Assembly: GCF_044344315.1 (NCBI RefSeq)
Contig: NZ_JBIJDC010000009.1
Coordinates: 2,908-66,907, forward strand
Origin: Zoogloea sp.
GTDB lineage: Bacteria; Pseudomonadota; Gammaproteobacteria; Burkholderiales; Rhodocyclaceae
DNA: 64,000 nt
Direction: 5' to 3'
How positions within the stretch are numbered: position 1 is the stretch's first letter; each line of letters opens with the position of its first letter. This document shows, in pieces, positions 40,651 to 50,477 of this stretch. The position numbers and the translations under genes are program-made. The notes under the pieces are model-generated. The model had not been told where the DNA came from. It saw only the letters and a program-made list of their open reading frames with translations, and did not search any database.

Positions 40651-41379
40651 TCAGGGGGTGTGCTTGTTGCCGTCCGGTATGAAGACGTAGCCAAAACCCC
40701 ACACGGTCTGGATGTAGCGGGGCTTGCCGGGATCTTCTTCAATCAGCTTGCGCAGGCGCGAGATCTGCACGTCGATGGAGCGGTCGAAAACGTCGTATTC
40801 CCGGCCTCGGGCCAGTTCCATCAGGCGGTCGCGGGAGAGGGGCTGGCGCGGGTGCTGCAGCAGAACCTTGAGCAGCGCGAATTCACCCGTGGTGAGGAGA
40901 GTTTCCTCGCCATTGCGGATCAGGATGCGGTTGCCCAGTTGCACGACGATCTGGCCGAAGCTCACATCCTCGTCATCGGCAACCGGCGCGCCGGGCGGCG
41001 TCTGGGGCTGACGGCGTAGCACGGCATGGATGCGGGCCACCAGCTCACGGGGGTTGAAAGGTTTCGGCAGGTAGTCGTCGGCCCCCATTTCCAGGCCAAT
41101 GATGCGGTCCACGTCGTCGCCCTTGGCCGTCAGCATCACGATGGGGATCTGGTTGCCAGTGCCCCGCAGGCGCCGGCAGATCGACAGGCCATCTTCCCCG
41201 GGCAGCATCAGGTCGAGCACCATCAGGTCGAAGTGTTCACGCAGAATGGCCCGATCCATCTGGGCGGCGTCATTGACCACCTTGACGTTGAAGCCCTGCT
41301 CGCCGAGATAACGCTTGAGCAGGTCACGCAGGCGAAGGTCGTCATCGACGACGAGAACGCGATAGGTTTCTTTTTCCAT
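40651..41379 (-). CDS. ompR: OmpR-family response regulator
   Basis: VLVVDDDLRLRDLLKRYL, LDLMLPGEDGLSICRRLR, KPFNPRELVARI, DRSIDVQISRLRK. Closest to the OmpR/AmgR/RisA type. Confidence 0.9.
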   Translation of the reverse strand: MEKETYRVLVVDDDLRLRDLLKRYLGEQGFNVKVVNDAAQMDRAILREHFDLMVLDLMLPGEDGLSICRRLRGTGNQIPIVMLTAKGDDVDRIIGLEMGADDYLPKPFNPRELVARIHAVLRRQPQTPPGAPVADDEDVSFGQIVVQLGNRILIRNGEETLLTTGEFALLKVLLQHPRQPLSRDRLMELARGREYDVFDRSIDVQISRLRKLIEEDPGKPRYIQTVWGFGYVFIPDGNKHTP

Positions 41380-41433
41380 GGCCCAATCCTAACGGCTCAC
41401 CGCCCGCCCGGCTAGGCCGGCCGTACTGGTCGG

Positions 41434-41476
41434 GTAAGCAAACGTAAGTCCTTGTGGGGGTCTAACATATTCTTAC
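41434..41476. promoter_or_regulatory. Two inverted direct-repeat boxes of OmpR/CpxR type
   Basis: GTAAG-caaac-GTAAG on + (41434-48) and GTAAG-aatat-GTTAG on - (41462-76). Confidence 0.55.
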
Positions 41477-41570
41477 AAAGGCGGATTCCAAGTCACACGC
41501 GGGCTGCCAGAATCAATTCAGGGCCGGGTGGGGATGCCGAAAAACGCCGGTCCGGGTTAGGATAGGGACT

Positions 41571-41891
41571 ATGCGCCACGGGATAGATTCACCGAAATGG
41601 ATTCGTCACGGCCTGCCCATCGGGGTGGTTGTGCTTCTGTCTTCGCTGGTTGCGGGCAGTGCCATCGCTGATCAGGGTGAGCGTCTCACGCCCTTTCTGC
41701 GTCAGTATGCGGCGCCCCAGGATCGCCCCGTCCGCCAGATCCCCGCTTTTGCCGCCGAGCCGGCGCGTCGTGGTGAGCTGGATGAGCGCAACCCCCGTCG
41801 CTGGTCGCCGGAGGAGCGTCGCCAGTTACGCCGCGATGTGCACGAGGCCGGTCGCGATGTCTACGGCAATCCGCCGCGCCGCCCCGATTGA
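41571..41891 (+). CDS. Small secreted hypothetical protein
   Basis: Hydrophobic signal-like N-terminus ending AIA-D; charged helical C-terminus WSPEERRQLRRDVHEAGRD. Confidence 0.7.
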   Translation: MRHGIDSPKWIRHGLPIGVVVLLSSLVAGSAIADQGERLTPFLRQYAAPQDRPVRQIPAFAAEPARRGELDERNPRRWSPEERRQLRRDVHEAGRDVYGNPPRRPD

Positions 41892-41949
41892 GGCCTGAGC
41901 CTCTGCCCGCAAGGACCGCAGGCCCGGAGGGCGGTAGAATGCGGCCGCT

Positions 41950-42642
41950 ATGAAGATTCTTGCCCTCGAAACATCTACCGATTCCGGCTCCGTGGCCCTG
42001 CTTGACGGAGACGTCCTGACCGAACGTCCGGTTGTCGGTCGTCCAGGCCACTCGGAAACCCTTCTCCCCGAAGTTGTCGCCCTGCTGGAAAGTTGTGGTG
42101 TGGCCCTGGCCCAGCTTGACGCAATCGCCTTTGGTGCCGGGCCAGGTGCGTTCACCGGTCTGCGCCTCGCGTGCGGTGTTGCCCAGGGCCTGGCCCTGGG
42201 CCTCGGCAAGCCGGTGATCCCCGTCGGCAACCTTGAGGCCCTGGCCAGTCAGTGCCGTGAAGGGGCGGTTTTCGTGGCCGCCGATGCGCGCATGTCGGAA
42301 GTCTATTTTGCCGCCTACCGGCGTACGCCTGCGGGGCTGGAGGAGGTGATGGCGCCGGCCTGCGCCACACCTTCGGAGGTGCGCCTGCCGCCGGAGGGGA
42401 CGTGGTTCGGCTTCGGAACGGCCTTCCGGGCCTATCAGGGGACTCTGGTGCCGGGACTCGGGGCGCGTCTGGATGGGTTTGATGAGGCGCCGGTGCCCCT
42501 CGCCTCCAGCATCGCGCGTTTGGCGGCGAAGCGATTTCTTCGTGGCGAAGTGGTGGACCCGGCCTTGGCCGCACCGCTGTACGTGCGCGACAAGGTTGCC
42601 CTGACGACCGCCGAGCGCCTGGCCCGCGGAGGCAAGGCGTGA
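41950..42642 (+). CDS. tsaB: tRNA threonylcarbamoyladenosine biosynthesis protein TsaB
   Basis: MKILALETS, HSETLLP, FGAGPGAFTGLR, DARMSEVY, PLYVR. Confidence 0.96.
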   Translation: MKILALETSTDSGSVALLDGDVLTERPVVGRPGHSETLLPEVVALLESCGVALAQLDAIAFGAGPGAFTGLRLACGVAQGLALGLGKPVIPVGNLEALASQCREGAVFVAADARMSEVYFAAYRRTPAGLEEVMAPACATPSEVRLPPEGTWFGFGTAFRAYQGTLVPGLGARLDGFDEAPVPLASSIARLAAKRFLRGEVVDPALAAPLYVRDKVALTTAERLARGGKA

Positions 42643-42688
42643 TCGTGTGGACCATCGCGGGGGCAGCAGTGATACCGGGAGTGGTACG

Positions 42689-43141
42689 GTGAGTGTCCTT
42701 GCCCTGGATTTCGTGCCCATGGAGACCGCCGATCTGGAATGGATCGCGGCCCAGGACCGAGAGCTTTATCCTTTTCCCTGGTCGGCACAGAACTTCGCCG
42801 ATTCCATCGTTGCCGGATATGGTTGCTGGACCCTGTTCGAGAGCGGGGAGCGCGCCGGCTACGCGGTGCTGATGATGGTGCTGGACGAGGCTCACATCCT
42901 GAACATCAGTATCTGCAAGGCGCGCCAGGGCTTCGGCCTGGGGCGTCGCCTGCTCGATCACCTGGGGTCCGTGGCCCGGGCTGCGGGAGGGCGGCAGATG
43001 TTCCTGGAGGTGCGTCCCTCCAACGCACCGGCCCTTGCGCTGTACGAGAAGGCCGGCTTTGCAACCATCGGTCGGCGCAAGGGCTACTACCCGGCTGCCA
43101 ACGGTCGCGAGGACGCGCTGGTTATGAGGTTGCCGCTGTGA
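42689..43141 (+). CDS. rimI: Ribosomal protein S18 alanine N-acetyltransferase
   Basis: YPFPWS, LDEAHILNI, FLEVRPSN, LYEKAGF, RRKGYYP...REDALVM. Start is GTG 42689 or ATG 42719. Confidence 0.95.
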   Translation: MSVLALDFVPMETADLEWIAAQDRELYPFPWSAQNFADSIVAGYGCWTLFESGERAGYAVLMMVLDEAHILNISICKARQGFGLGRRLLDHLGSVARAAGGRQMFLEVRPSNAPALALYEKAGFATIGRRKGYYPAANGREDALVMRLPL

Positions 43142-43151
43142 GGTGCATGGA

Positions 43152-43994
43152 ATGAGCCTGCGGCGTGATGCGATCCTGCGCGAGATGGGGCTGGGGCCCT
43201 TGTGGCGCCTGCGCGGCAGCGAGCCGCTGGAGGCAGCGCCTGCTCTGGTCGCAGTGCCGCCGGAGCCTGCCACGAGGCAAGCCGAGGCCGTGCCGGCTCT
43301 CGAGCGCATGCCCGTACCCGAGCCGCGCCGCGTGCGGCCCGATCTGCGGGAGGGCATGCAGCAGGCTGCCATTGAGGCCCTTGCGCCGGCGCTGCCCGTG
43401 CCGCGTTCCGATGTGGGCGACGCGGTGTCCGGACTGGACTGGGAGACCCTGGAGGCGCGCATCCGCGACTGCGAGGCCTGCGGCCTGTGCAAGCGGCGCA
43501 AGCAGGCTGTTCCCGGGGTGGGAGACCGTCAGGCCGACTGGCTGTTTGTCGGTGAGGGGCCGGGGGCGGAAGAGGATGAGCGTGGCGAGCCCTTTGTCGG
43601 CCAGGCCGGGCGTCTGCTTGATGCCATGCTGGCGAGCATCGACCTGAAGCGCGGCGAAGATGTGTACATTGCCAATGCCGTCAAATGCCGCCCGCCCAAC
43701 AACCGCACGCCAGAGGCCGCCGAGCTGACAGCCTGCTTCCCCTATCTACAGCGCCAGATTGCCCTGATCCGGCCCCGCCTGATCATTGCCCTGGGGCGAC
43801 CGGCGGCCCAGGCCCTGCTCAATGAAGAGGTCCGCATCGCCGCCTCCCGTGGCAAACTCTTCTCCCACAATGACATTCCGGTGGTCGTGACCTACCATCC
43901 AGCCTATCTATTGCGCAATCTGCAGGACAAGGCCAAGGCTTGGGAAGATCTCTGCTTTGCCCGCCGGACCATGGTTGGCCTGAAGGCTTCCTGA
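43152..43994 (+). CDS. Family-4 (Fe-S) uracil-DNA glycosylase
   Basis: CEACGLC, FVGEGPGAEED, FVGQAGRLLD, NAVKCRPPNNR, TYHPAYLLR. Confidence 0.93.
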   Translation: MSLRRDAILREMGLGPLWRLRGSEPLEAAPALVAVPPEPATRQAEAVPALERMPVPEPRRVRPDLREGMQQAAIEALAPALPVPRSDVGDAVSGLDWETLEARIRDCEACGLCKRRKQAVPGVGDRQADWLFVGEGPGAEEDERGEPFVGQAGRLLDAMLASIDLKRGEDVYIANAVKCRPPNNRTPEAAELTACFPYLQRQIALIRPRLIIALGRPAAQALLNEEVRIAASRGKLFSHNDIPVVVTYHPAYLLRNLQDKAKAWEDLCFARRTMVGLKAS

Positions 43995-44132
43995 ACCGGA
44001 AGTGCAAGATTTCAATACGTGGGGTGGCAAAGCCCGCGTCTGCCCCGGGCGCCGCTAGAATGGCCCCGACCTTGCCCCGGGTTGGCTGACCGCGGGCTTC
44101 AACCCGATTTCTCCTCTACGAGGGCGTGCTCC

Positions 44133-44756
44133 ATGTCCATCAAGCATTTTCTGTCCCTGCTCCTGTCGGTCTTCCTGCTTTCCGGTTGCGGATACAACCA
44201 GATCCAGATCAACGATGAGCAGATCAACGCCTCCTGGTCGGAGGTGCTTAACCAGTACAAGCGACGTGCCGACCTGATCCCGAACCTGGTGCAGGTGGTG
44301 CAGGGCTATGCCGCCCATGAGAAGGAAGTGCTGACCCGTGTGACCGAAGCGCGTGCCAATGTGGCCGGCATGAAGGTGACCCCCGAACTTGTCAATGATC
44401 CGGAGGCCATGGCCCGTTTCCAGAAGGCCCAGGGCGAGCTGTCCGGTGCCTTGTCCCGCCTGCTGGTGGTGTCCGAGAACTACCCCAACCTCAAGGCCGA
44501 CGCCAACTTCCGTGACCTCCAGGCCCAGCTCGAGGGTACTGAGAACCGCATCACCGTTGCCCGCAATCGCTACATCAAGGCCGTCCAGGACTACAACATT
44601 TCGGTGCGCACCTTCCCCAACAACCTGACCGCCATGGTCATCGGGGCCAAGGCCAAGGCCAACTTTACGGTGGAGAACGAGCAGGCCATCAGCGAGCCGC
44701 CCAAGGTCAATTTTGGCGCGCCCGCTCCGGCAGCCGCGCCGACCAAGGCGCAATAA
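44133..44756 (+). CDS. lemA: LemA family protein
   Basis: SGCGYN, WSEVLNQYKRRADLIPNLV, ENYPNLKA, QLEGTENRITVAR. Start at ATG 44133. Confidence 0.95.
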   Translation: MSIKHFLSLLLSVFLLSGCGYNQIQINDEQINASWSEVLNQYKRRADLIPNLVQVVQGYAAHEKEVLTRVTEARANVAGMKVTPELVNDPEAMARFQKAQGELSGALSRLLVVSENYPNLKADANFRDLQAQLEGTENRITVARNRYIKAVQDYNISVRTFPNNLTAMVIGAKAKANFTVENEQAISEPPKVNFGAPAPAAAPTKAQ

Positions 44757-44765
44757 GACATAGCC

Positions 44766-45653
44766 GTGCCCCTGGCCATGGGCCTTACCGTACTTCTGCG
44801 CGTGCTCCTGGTGCTGCTGTGCAGCCTGGTCGGGGCGCTCCACGCCCAGGAATTACAGCCGCTTCCGACTCTGTCGGCCCATGTCACCGACACCCTCGGG
44901 CTGTTGCCTGAGGCCCGTCGCGAGGCCCTGGAAGCGCGTCTGGTCGCCCTCGAGAAGGACAAGGGCGCCCAGGTGGCCGTGCTCGTCGTGGCCACCACCA
45001 AGCCGGAGGCGGTCGAGTCTTACGCCCTGCGTGTGGCCGAGGCCTGGCGACTGGGGCGCCAGGGGGTTGATGACGGGATCCTGTTTCTGATCGCCCGGGA
45101 TGATCGCCGAATGCGTATCGAGGTGGGGCGTGGCCTGGAAGGGGCCGTGCCTGACGCCATCGCCAAGCGCATCGTTGCCGATGTGGTGGCGCCGCATCTG
45201 CGGGGTGGCGATTTTGCCGGCGGCATCGAGGCCGGGGTTGAGGCCATTGCGGCCCGTATTTCCGGTGAGGCCTTGCCGCCCCCGACGGCTGCCAACGCAG
45301 GGCAGGAAGCCGGTTTCGAAGAGCTGCTGGTGCTCGGGATCATCGGCACCATTGTGGTAGGTGGCGTGCTGCGGGCCATTTTTGGTCGCCTGCTCGGTGC
45401 GGGCCTGGCCTCGGGTATCGTCGGGTTTGGCGCATGGACTCTGTCCGGGATGCTGGCGATCGGCGTGGTGGGAGGCCTGCTGGCTTTCGTGTTTGTGTTG
45501 GCCATGGGCGCAGGTGGCGGAACGCGCGGGGTCGGCGGCCCGTGGATCGGAGGCGGAATGGGGGGGGGCGGTTTCGGGCGGGGCGGCGGAGGTGGCGGCT
45601 GGTCCGGCGGAGGGGGCGGATTTGGCGGCGGCGGCGCCTCGGGGGGGTGGTGA
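44766..45653 (+). CDS. TPM (YgcG/DUF477) domain membrane protein with Gly-rich tail
   Basis: VTDTLGLL, GVDDGILFLIARDDRRMRIEVGRGLEG, GGGGGFGGGGASGGW tail. Confidence 0.9.
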   Translation: MPLAMGLTVLLRVLLVLLCSLVGALHAQELQPLPTLSAHVTDTLGLLPEARREALEARLVALEKDKGAQVAVLVVATTKPEAVESYALRVAEAWRLGRQGVDDGILFLIARDDRRMRIEVGRGLEGAVPDAIAKRIVADVVAPHLRGGDFAGGIEAGVEAIAARISGEALPPPTAANAGQEAGFEELLVLGIIGTIVVGGVLRAIFGRLLGAGLASGIVGFGAWTLSGMLAIGVVGGLLAFVFVLAMGAGGGTRGVGGPWIGGGMGGGGFGRGGGGGGWSGGGGGFGGGGASGGW

Positions 45654-46153
45654 TGTCCATGCTGCGCATCCTGCGTCACCTGCTCACGCCGGCCTGGGTT
45701 CTTGATCGGGTTTTTTCGGCGCAGGTGCTGGCTACCATCGAACAGGCAGTCAAAGCCTCGGAAGCCCGTCACCGGGGCGAGCTTCGCTTTGCTGTGGAGG
45801 CGGGTCTGGATTTTGCCGATCTGCGCTCGGGGGCTTCAGCCCGAGAGCGGGCTGTCGAGGTTTTCTCACAGCTTCGGGTGTGGGACACGGAGGAGAACAC
45901 CGGTGTTCTGGTGTATGTCCAGTGGCTCGATCATCGGGTCGAGATCGTGGCCGACAGGGGCATCACCGCACGGGTTACCCAAGCTGAATGGGATGGCATC
46001 TGCCGTCGCATGGAAACTGCCTTCCGGGATGAGAGATTCGAGCAGGGGGCGGTGGACGCCGTCAAAGCAGTGGGTGATCTGTTGGCAAAGCACTTTCCTG
46101 CCCGGCTAAAAAACCCCAACGAACTGTCAGATCGCCCGGTTCTGCTGCGCTAG
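45653..46153 (+). CDS. Small TPM-domain protein
   Basis: SEARHRGELRFAVE, LRVWDTEENTGVLVY, VEIVADRG, NPNELSDRPV; TGATG coupling to the upstream gene. Confidence 0.88.
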   Translation: MSMLRILRHLLTPAWVLDRVFSAQVLATIEQAVKASEARHRGELRFAVEAGLDFADLRSGASARERAVEVFSQLRVWDTEENTGVLVYVQWLDHRVEIVADRGITARVTQAEWDGICRRMETAFRDERFEQGAVDAVKAVGDLLAKHFPARLKNPNELSDRPVLLR

Positions 46154-46167
46154 CGCCATACCGGAAG

Positions 46168-49100
46168 TCAGTTGACGTTCTGCACGGGTGGCTGGCCGAT
46201 GCTGAAATAGAGTGCGGCTCCCTTGCCAACTTCTCCCTCGGCCCATACCTCGCCGCCATGGCGACGGACGATACGTGCAACCGTCGCCAGGCCGATCCCG
46301 GTTCCGGGAAACTCCCGATCGGAGTGGAGGCGCTGGAAGGGGCGGAAGAGATTTTCCCGGTAGCGCATGTCAAAGCCCGCGCCGTTGTCCCGGATCATGA
46401 ATGCGTCCACGTCCTCGTGGCGGGCACAGTCGAATTCGATGCTCGGGTGTTCGACCCGGCCGGTGAATTTCCAGGCGTTGCCGAGCAGGTTCTCCAGCAC
46501 CGTGCGCATCAGGCTGGGATCGCCCTCGACTTGCAGCCGGGGAGCGATGCGTACGCTGACTTCCCGCTCGGGCTCTTGCTGGCGCAGTTCATCGCAGATC
46601 ACCTGGGCGAGGTGGGAGAGGTCCACCGGGCGGCGTTCCAGCTCCTTGCGGCTGACCCGTGACAGGGTCAGCAGGTCGTCGATCAGTTGGCCCATGCGGT
46701 GTACCGCGGCACGCACCCGGCGCAGCAGCTCCTTGGCTTCGTCGTCGAGTTTGTCACCGTAATCAGAGCCCAGGATGGCGCTGTAGCCCTCGATCGCGCG
46801 CAGCGGTGCGCGCAGGTCGTGGGAGACCGAATAGCTGAAGGATTCCAGTTCGCTCAGGGCGGCGCTGAGCTGGGAGGTCCGCTCGGCTACGCGCCGTTCC
46901 AGCTCGGTGTTGAGGCGTTTGATTGCCCGCTCGGCAAACTTGCGTTCGGTCAGGTCGGTGCCCACGCCGACAATGTGGGGCTTGCCGTCGAGGATGACCC
47001 GGCGGCCCACAACCAGGAAAGGCACCGGCTCGCCGCCATTGCGCCGGAGCATGACCTCGGCCGAGGCTTCTCCGGAGATCAGCGCCGTCTCGATGCGGTG
47101 GGCCATCAGGGGTTCCTGTTCGGGAATCACGAGGCTCTGGGCTTCGGCATGCAGCAGGATGTCATCGGCCAGCCCGGTCAGCTCGCTGACAAAGCGGTTC
47201 CACAGCAGCAGATGACCATTCTGGTCGAACAGGAAGAAGGGGGCCGGCAGGCTGTCGATGAGACCGCGGGAGAAGTCGCGCTCGGCCTTGAGCTGCTCCT
47301 CTGCCAGCTTGCGGGCGGTGATGTCGCCGATGGAACCGACGACGCGCACGGCTCGCCCCTGCTGGTTGCGATGGGCGAGGCCGCGGGCCAGCACCCAATG
47401 GAACTTGCCATCCTTGTCGGCGATGCGGTACTCGGACTCGAAGTGTTCGGTTTCTCCGCGCAGGTGGGCGACGAAGTCGGCCCGGTAGCGTGGCCGGTCG
47501 TCCGGATGGATCAGTTTCAGCCATTCCTCGCCGGTGGTGCGCAGGGTGTCACTGTGCAGCCCGAGGAGGGACAGCAGGCGGGCGGAGAGATAAAGGTAGC
47601 GGGTCTTCGGGTCCCAGTCCCAGAGGCCTTCATTGGTGCCCCGCTGAGCAAGCACATAGCGTTCCCGGGTGTCGCGTAGCTGCTCCTCTGCTTCCAGGAA
47701 GGCGGTGCGGTCCTCGACGATGCCCACTCCGCCGAAAACCTTGCCGGCCGCGTTGTACTCGGGTGCAACCCGGATCGACAGAATCTGCATGTCGGTGGAC
47801 AGGGGTGATACGAAGGGGCCGTCGTAGGCGCCCCGTTGGCCCAGCAGGGCCTTGCGGAGTACCGACAGGATGGCCTGATCACCAAGGGAGTGCAGGTCCA
47901 TGCCGGCCAGCTGGTCAGGGGTGGACTTGAAGAAGTCGGCCAGCCGGCTGTTGCAGTAGCTGACAAGCAGGTCGGAGGTGAAGTGGAAAATCCCGACCGG
48001 TGCGTTCTCGACGAGCGCCCTGTAACGGGCCTGCTGATCGGCGACGGTGCGAGCGATGCTTCGCTCTTCGGATTGGTCCCGGAACACCAGCACGACCCCG
48101 AGGGGCGTCGTGTGGGATGCCATCATGATGGGCGCGCCGCTCTCTACGATAGGGCGGCGGCGGCCTTCCCGGTCGATCAGCAGGGTATGGTTGGCCAGCC
48201 CGACCCTTCTGCCCTCACGCATGACTTTGTCGGTCGGGCTTTCCATCGGCTCACCAGTGTCCTCACTGATGATCCGGAAGACCTTGGCCAAGGGCTGGCC
48301 GCGGGCCTCGTCCTCGGACCAGCCGGTGAGGGCTTCGGCCACCGGGTTCATCAGGGTGATCCGGCTGTCTTCGGCGGTGGCAATCACCGCATCGCCGATG
48401 CTGCGTAGGGTCACGCCGAGATATTCCCGCGTGGCGCGCTGGGCTGTCTGATCCGAAGCGGCGCCGATGATGGCGCGCAAGCTGCCGTCGGGATGGCGGA
48501 GCAGGGTCATCGAATCGTGTATCCACAGGTGGCCGGAGCATGAGTTGAGCTGGTATTCGACGCTGATCTCGACGGGATCATCCCCTGGGGTCTTGAGGGC
48601 ATCGCCGATGGCAGCCCATACCCGACCAAGATCTTCCGAGGTGGTGCGACGGGCAAAATGTTGCCAGCCGCCCGGGGCACACAGGATGTCTATCGGCGTT
48701 TCGAGCCAGTCTTCTGCCTTGGCCGAGATGTAGTCATAGCATTCATGGACCGGGTCGAAGCGGTACAGGATGTGCTGGACCTTGGCCAGGGCTTCGGCGA
48801 AGCGCGATTCGGCGCGCAATTGGCGGCTCTGCTGATGGACTGTCACCAGGCGGCAGCTGCGGCTGGCGAAGCGCTGTTCGTGAATGCGGGTTTCGAGCTC
48901 CACCGCCAGGCCACCTGCGGGTTGATGGGTGAGCAGCATGGGATCTGCCGAAGGTAGCGGCAATGGGCTGAGCAGGGTGTCTGCGCGCAGTCCCGTCAAT
49001 GTCTCGGGCGAGAGGCCGTAGAGCCGGGCGGCGGCGGCGTTGGCTGCCTGTACAAGGCCGCTGTCTACGTCGTAGAGCCATTGGGGGTCGGGGCTGGCGT

Positions 49101-49398
49101 CGAAGAGTGCCCGGTAGTCGTCGTCCGAGGCTGGCGTAGCGGCTGCTGTCGCGTCAGCGTTGATACGGCTCAGGGCGAGGAATACGAACAGGGCTGACGC
49201 GGCAATGAACAGCAGGAGCCAGGGGGTAGTGAGGACCAGAGAGGCGTCTTTGTTGCCGGTCATCAGGCTCCCTCCGATCACCATCGTCAGGGCAACCAGA
49301 AGATAGACTCCCGCCACCCGTGCAGCAGGCGTGATGCGCTGGAGCGACCGGGTATCCACCGACCGCGTACCGGAGCCGGAACTCGGCATGGAGCTCAT
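46168..49398 (-). CDS. Membrane-anchored multi-PAS sensor histidine kinase
   Basis: Two TM helices, six PAS/PAC repeats, H-box SYSVSHDLRAPLRAI, NLLGNAWKF, DNGAGFDM, GTGIGLATV. The start is uncertain (49398 chosen). Confidence 0.9.
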   Translation of the reverse strand: MSSMPSSGSGTRSVDTRSLQRITPAARVAGVYLLVALTMVIGGSLMTGNKDASLVLTTPWLLLFIAASALFVFLALSRINADATAAATPASDDDYRALFDASPDPQWLYDVDSGLVQAANAAAARLYGLSPETLTGLRADTLLSPLPLPSADPMLLTHQPAGGLAVELETRIHEQRFASRSCRLVTVHQQSRQLRAESRFAEALAKVQHILYRFDPVHECYDYISAKAEDWLETPIDILCAPGGWQHFARRTTSEDLGRVWAAIGDALKTPGDDPVEISVEYQLNSCSGHLWIHDSMTLLRHPDGSLRAIIGAASDQTAQRATREYLGVTLRSIGDAVIATAEDSRITLMNPVAEALTGWSEDEARGQPLAKVFRIISEDTGEPMESPTDKVMREGRRVGLANHTLLIDREGRRRPIVESGAPIMMASHTTPLGVVLVFRDQSEERSIARTVADQQARYRALVENAPVGIFHFTSDLLVSYCNSRLADFFKSTPDQLAGMDLHSLGDQAILSVLRKALLGQRGAYDGPFVSPLSTDMQILSIRVAPEYNAAGKVFGGVGIVEDRTAFLEAEEQLRDTRERYVLAQRGTNEGLWDWDPKTRYLYLSARLLSLLGLHSDTLRTTGEEWLKLIHPDDRPRYRADFVAHLRGETEHFESEYRIADKDGKFHWVLARGLAHRNQQGRAVRVVGSIGDITARKLAEEQLKAERDFSRGLIDSLPAPFFLFDQNGHLLLWNRFVSELTGLADDILLHAEAQSLVIPEQEPLMAHRIETALISGEASAEVMLRRNGGEPVPFLVVGRRVILDGKPHIVGVGTDLTERKFAERAIKRLNTELERRVAERTSQLSAALSELESFSYSVSHDLRAPLRAIEGYSAILGSDYGDKLDDEAKELLRRVRAAVHRMGQLIDDLLTLSRVSRKELERRPVDLSHLAQVICDELRQQEPEREVSVRIAPRLQVEGDPSLMRTVLENLLGNAWKFTGRVEHPSIEFDCARHEDVDAFMIRDNGAGFDMRYRENLFRPFQRLHSDREFPGTGIGLATVARIVRRHGGEVWAEGEVGKGAALYFSIGQPPVQNVN

Positions 49399-49485
49399 CG
49401 GACCGGCCCTGCCGGGGGCGTGTCTGTTGTCGTTGTACCGGGTTTTTCCACGATGCTGCTTTAAAATCCCTAGACGAACCTGTGA

Positions 49486-49992
<507 letters not shown>

Positions 49993-49997
49993 GCGCC

Positions 49998-50477
49998 GTG
50001 TACATCCGCATCCATATTTCCAGCCAGACGCTGCAACTCTTCGGCGACGATGGCGCTTGCGTACGTCGCTACAGCGTGTCCACGGCCCGCAACGGAGCCG
50101 GGGAGGAGAAGGGCAGCTACCGTACGCCTCGCGGGCGCCACATCATCCGGGCCCGGATCGGGGCGGGGGCGCCCCTCGGCGCTGCCTTCCGCGGGCGCCG
50201 GCCCACCGGTGAGGTATGGACACCGGCGCTCGCCGGCAGTGCCCCGGACCGTGACTGGATTCTGACCCGCATTCTGTGGCTGTCGGGCACCGAGCCCGGG
50301 CGCAATCGCCTCGGTGCCGTGGACAGCATGCAGCGCTACATCTACATCCACGGTACCCCGGATACGGAGCCCATGGGCATTCCTCTGTCCATCGGTTGCG
50401 TGCGTATGCGCAACCGGGATGTCGCTGAACTCTTCGATCTTGTGCCAGCGGGTACGGTCGTGGAGATCGAGGAATGA
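49998..50477 (+). CDS. YkuD-family (L,D-transpeptidase-like) protein without signal peptide
   Basis: YSVSTARNG, TPRGRH, ILTRILWLSG, IYIHGTPD...SIGCVRMRN. Confidence 0.85.
   Translation: MYIRIHISSQTLQLFGDDGACVRRYSVSTARNGAGEEKGSYRTPRGRHIIRARIGAGAPLGAAFRGRRPTGEVWTPALAGSAPDRDWILTRILWLSGTEPGRNRLGAVDSMQRYIYIHGTPDTEPMGIPLSIGCVRMRNRDVAELFDLVPAGTVVEIEE

Noticed and set aside
41950-43994. tsaB-rimI-uracil-DNA glycosylase operon, and the possibility that the UDG is UdgX
   Set aside because: This arrangement is commonly seen in betaproteobacteria. The UdgX KRRIH loop is absent, so it is an ordinary family-4 UDG.
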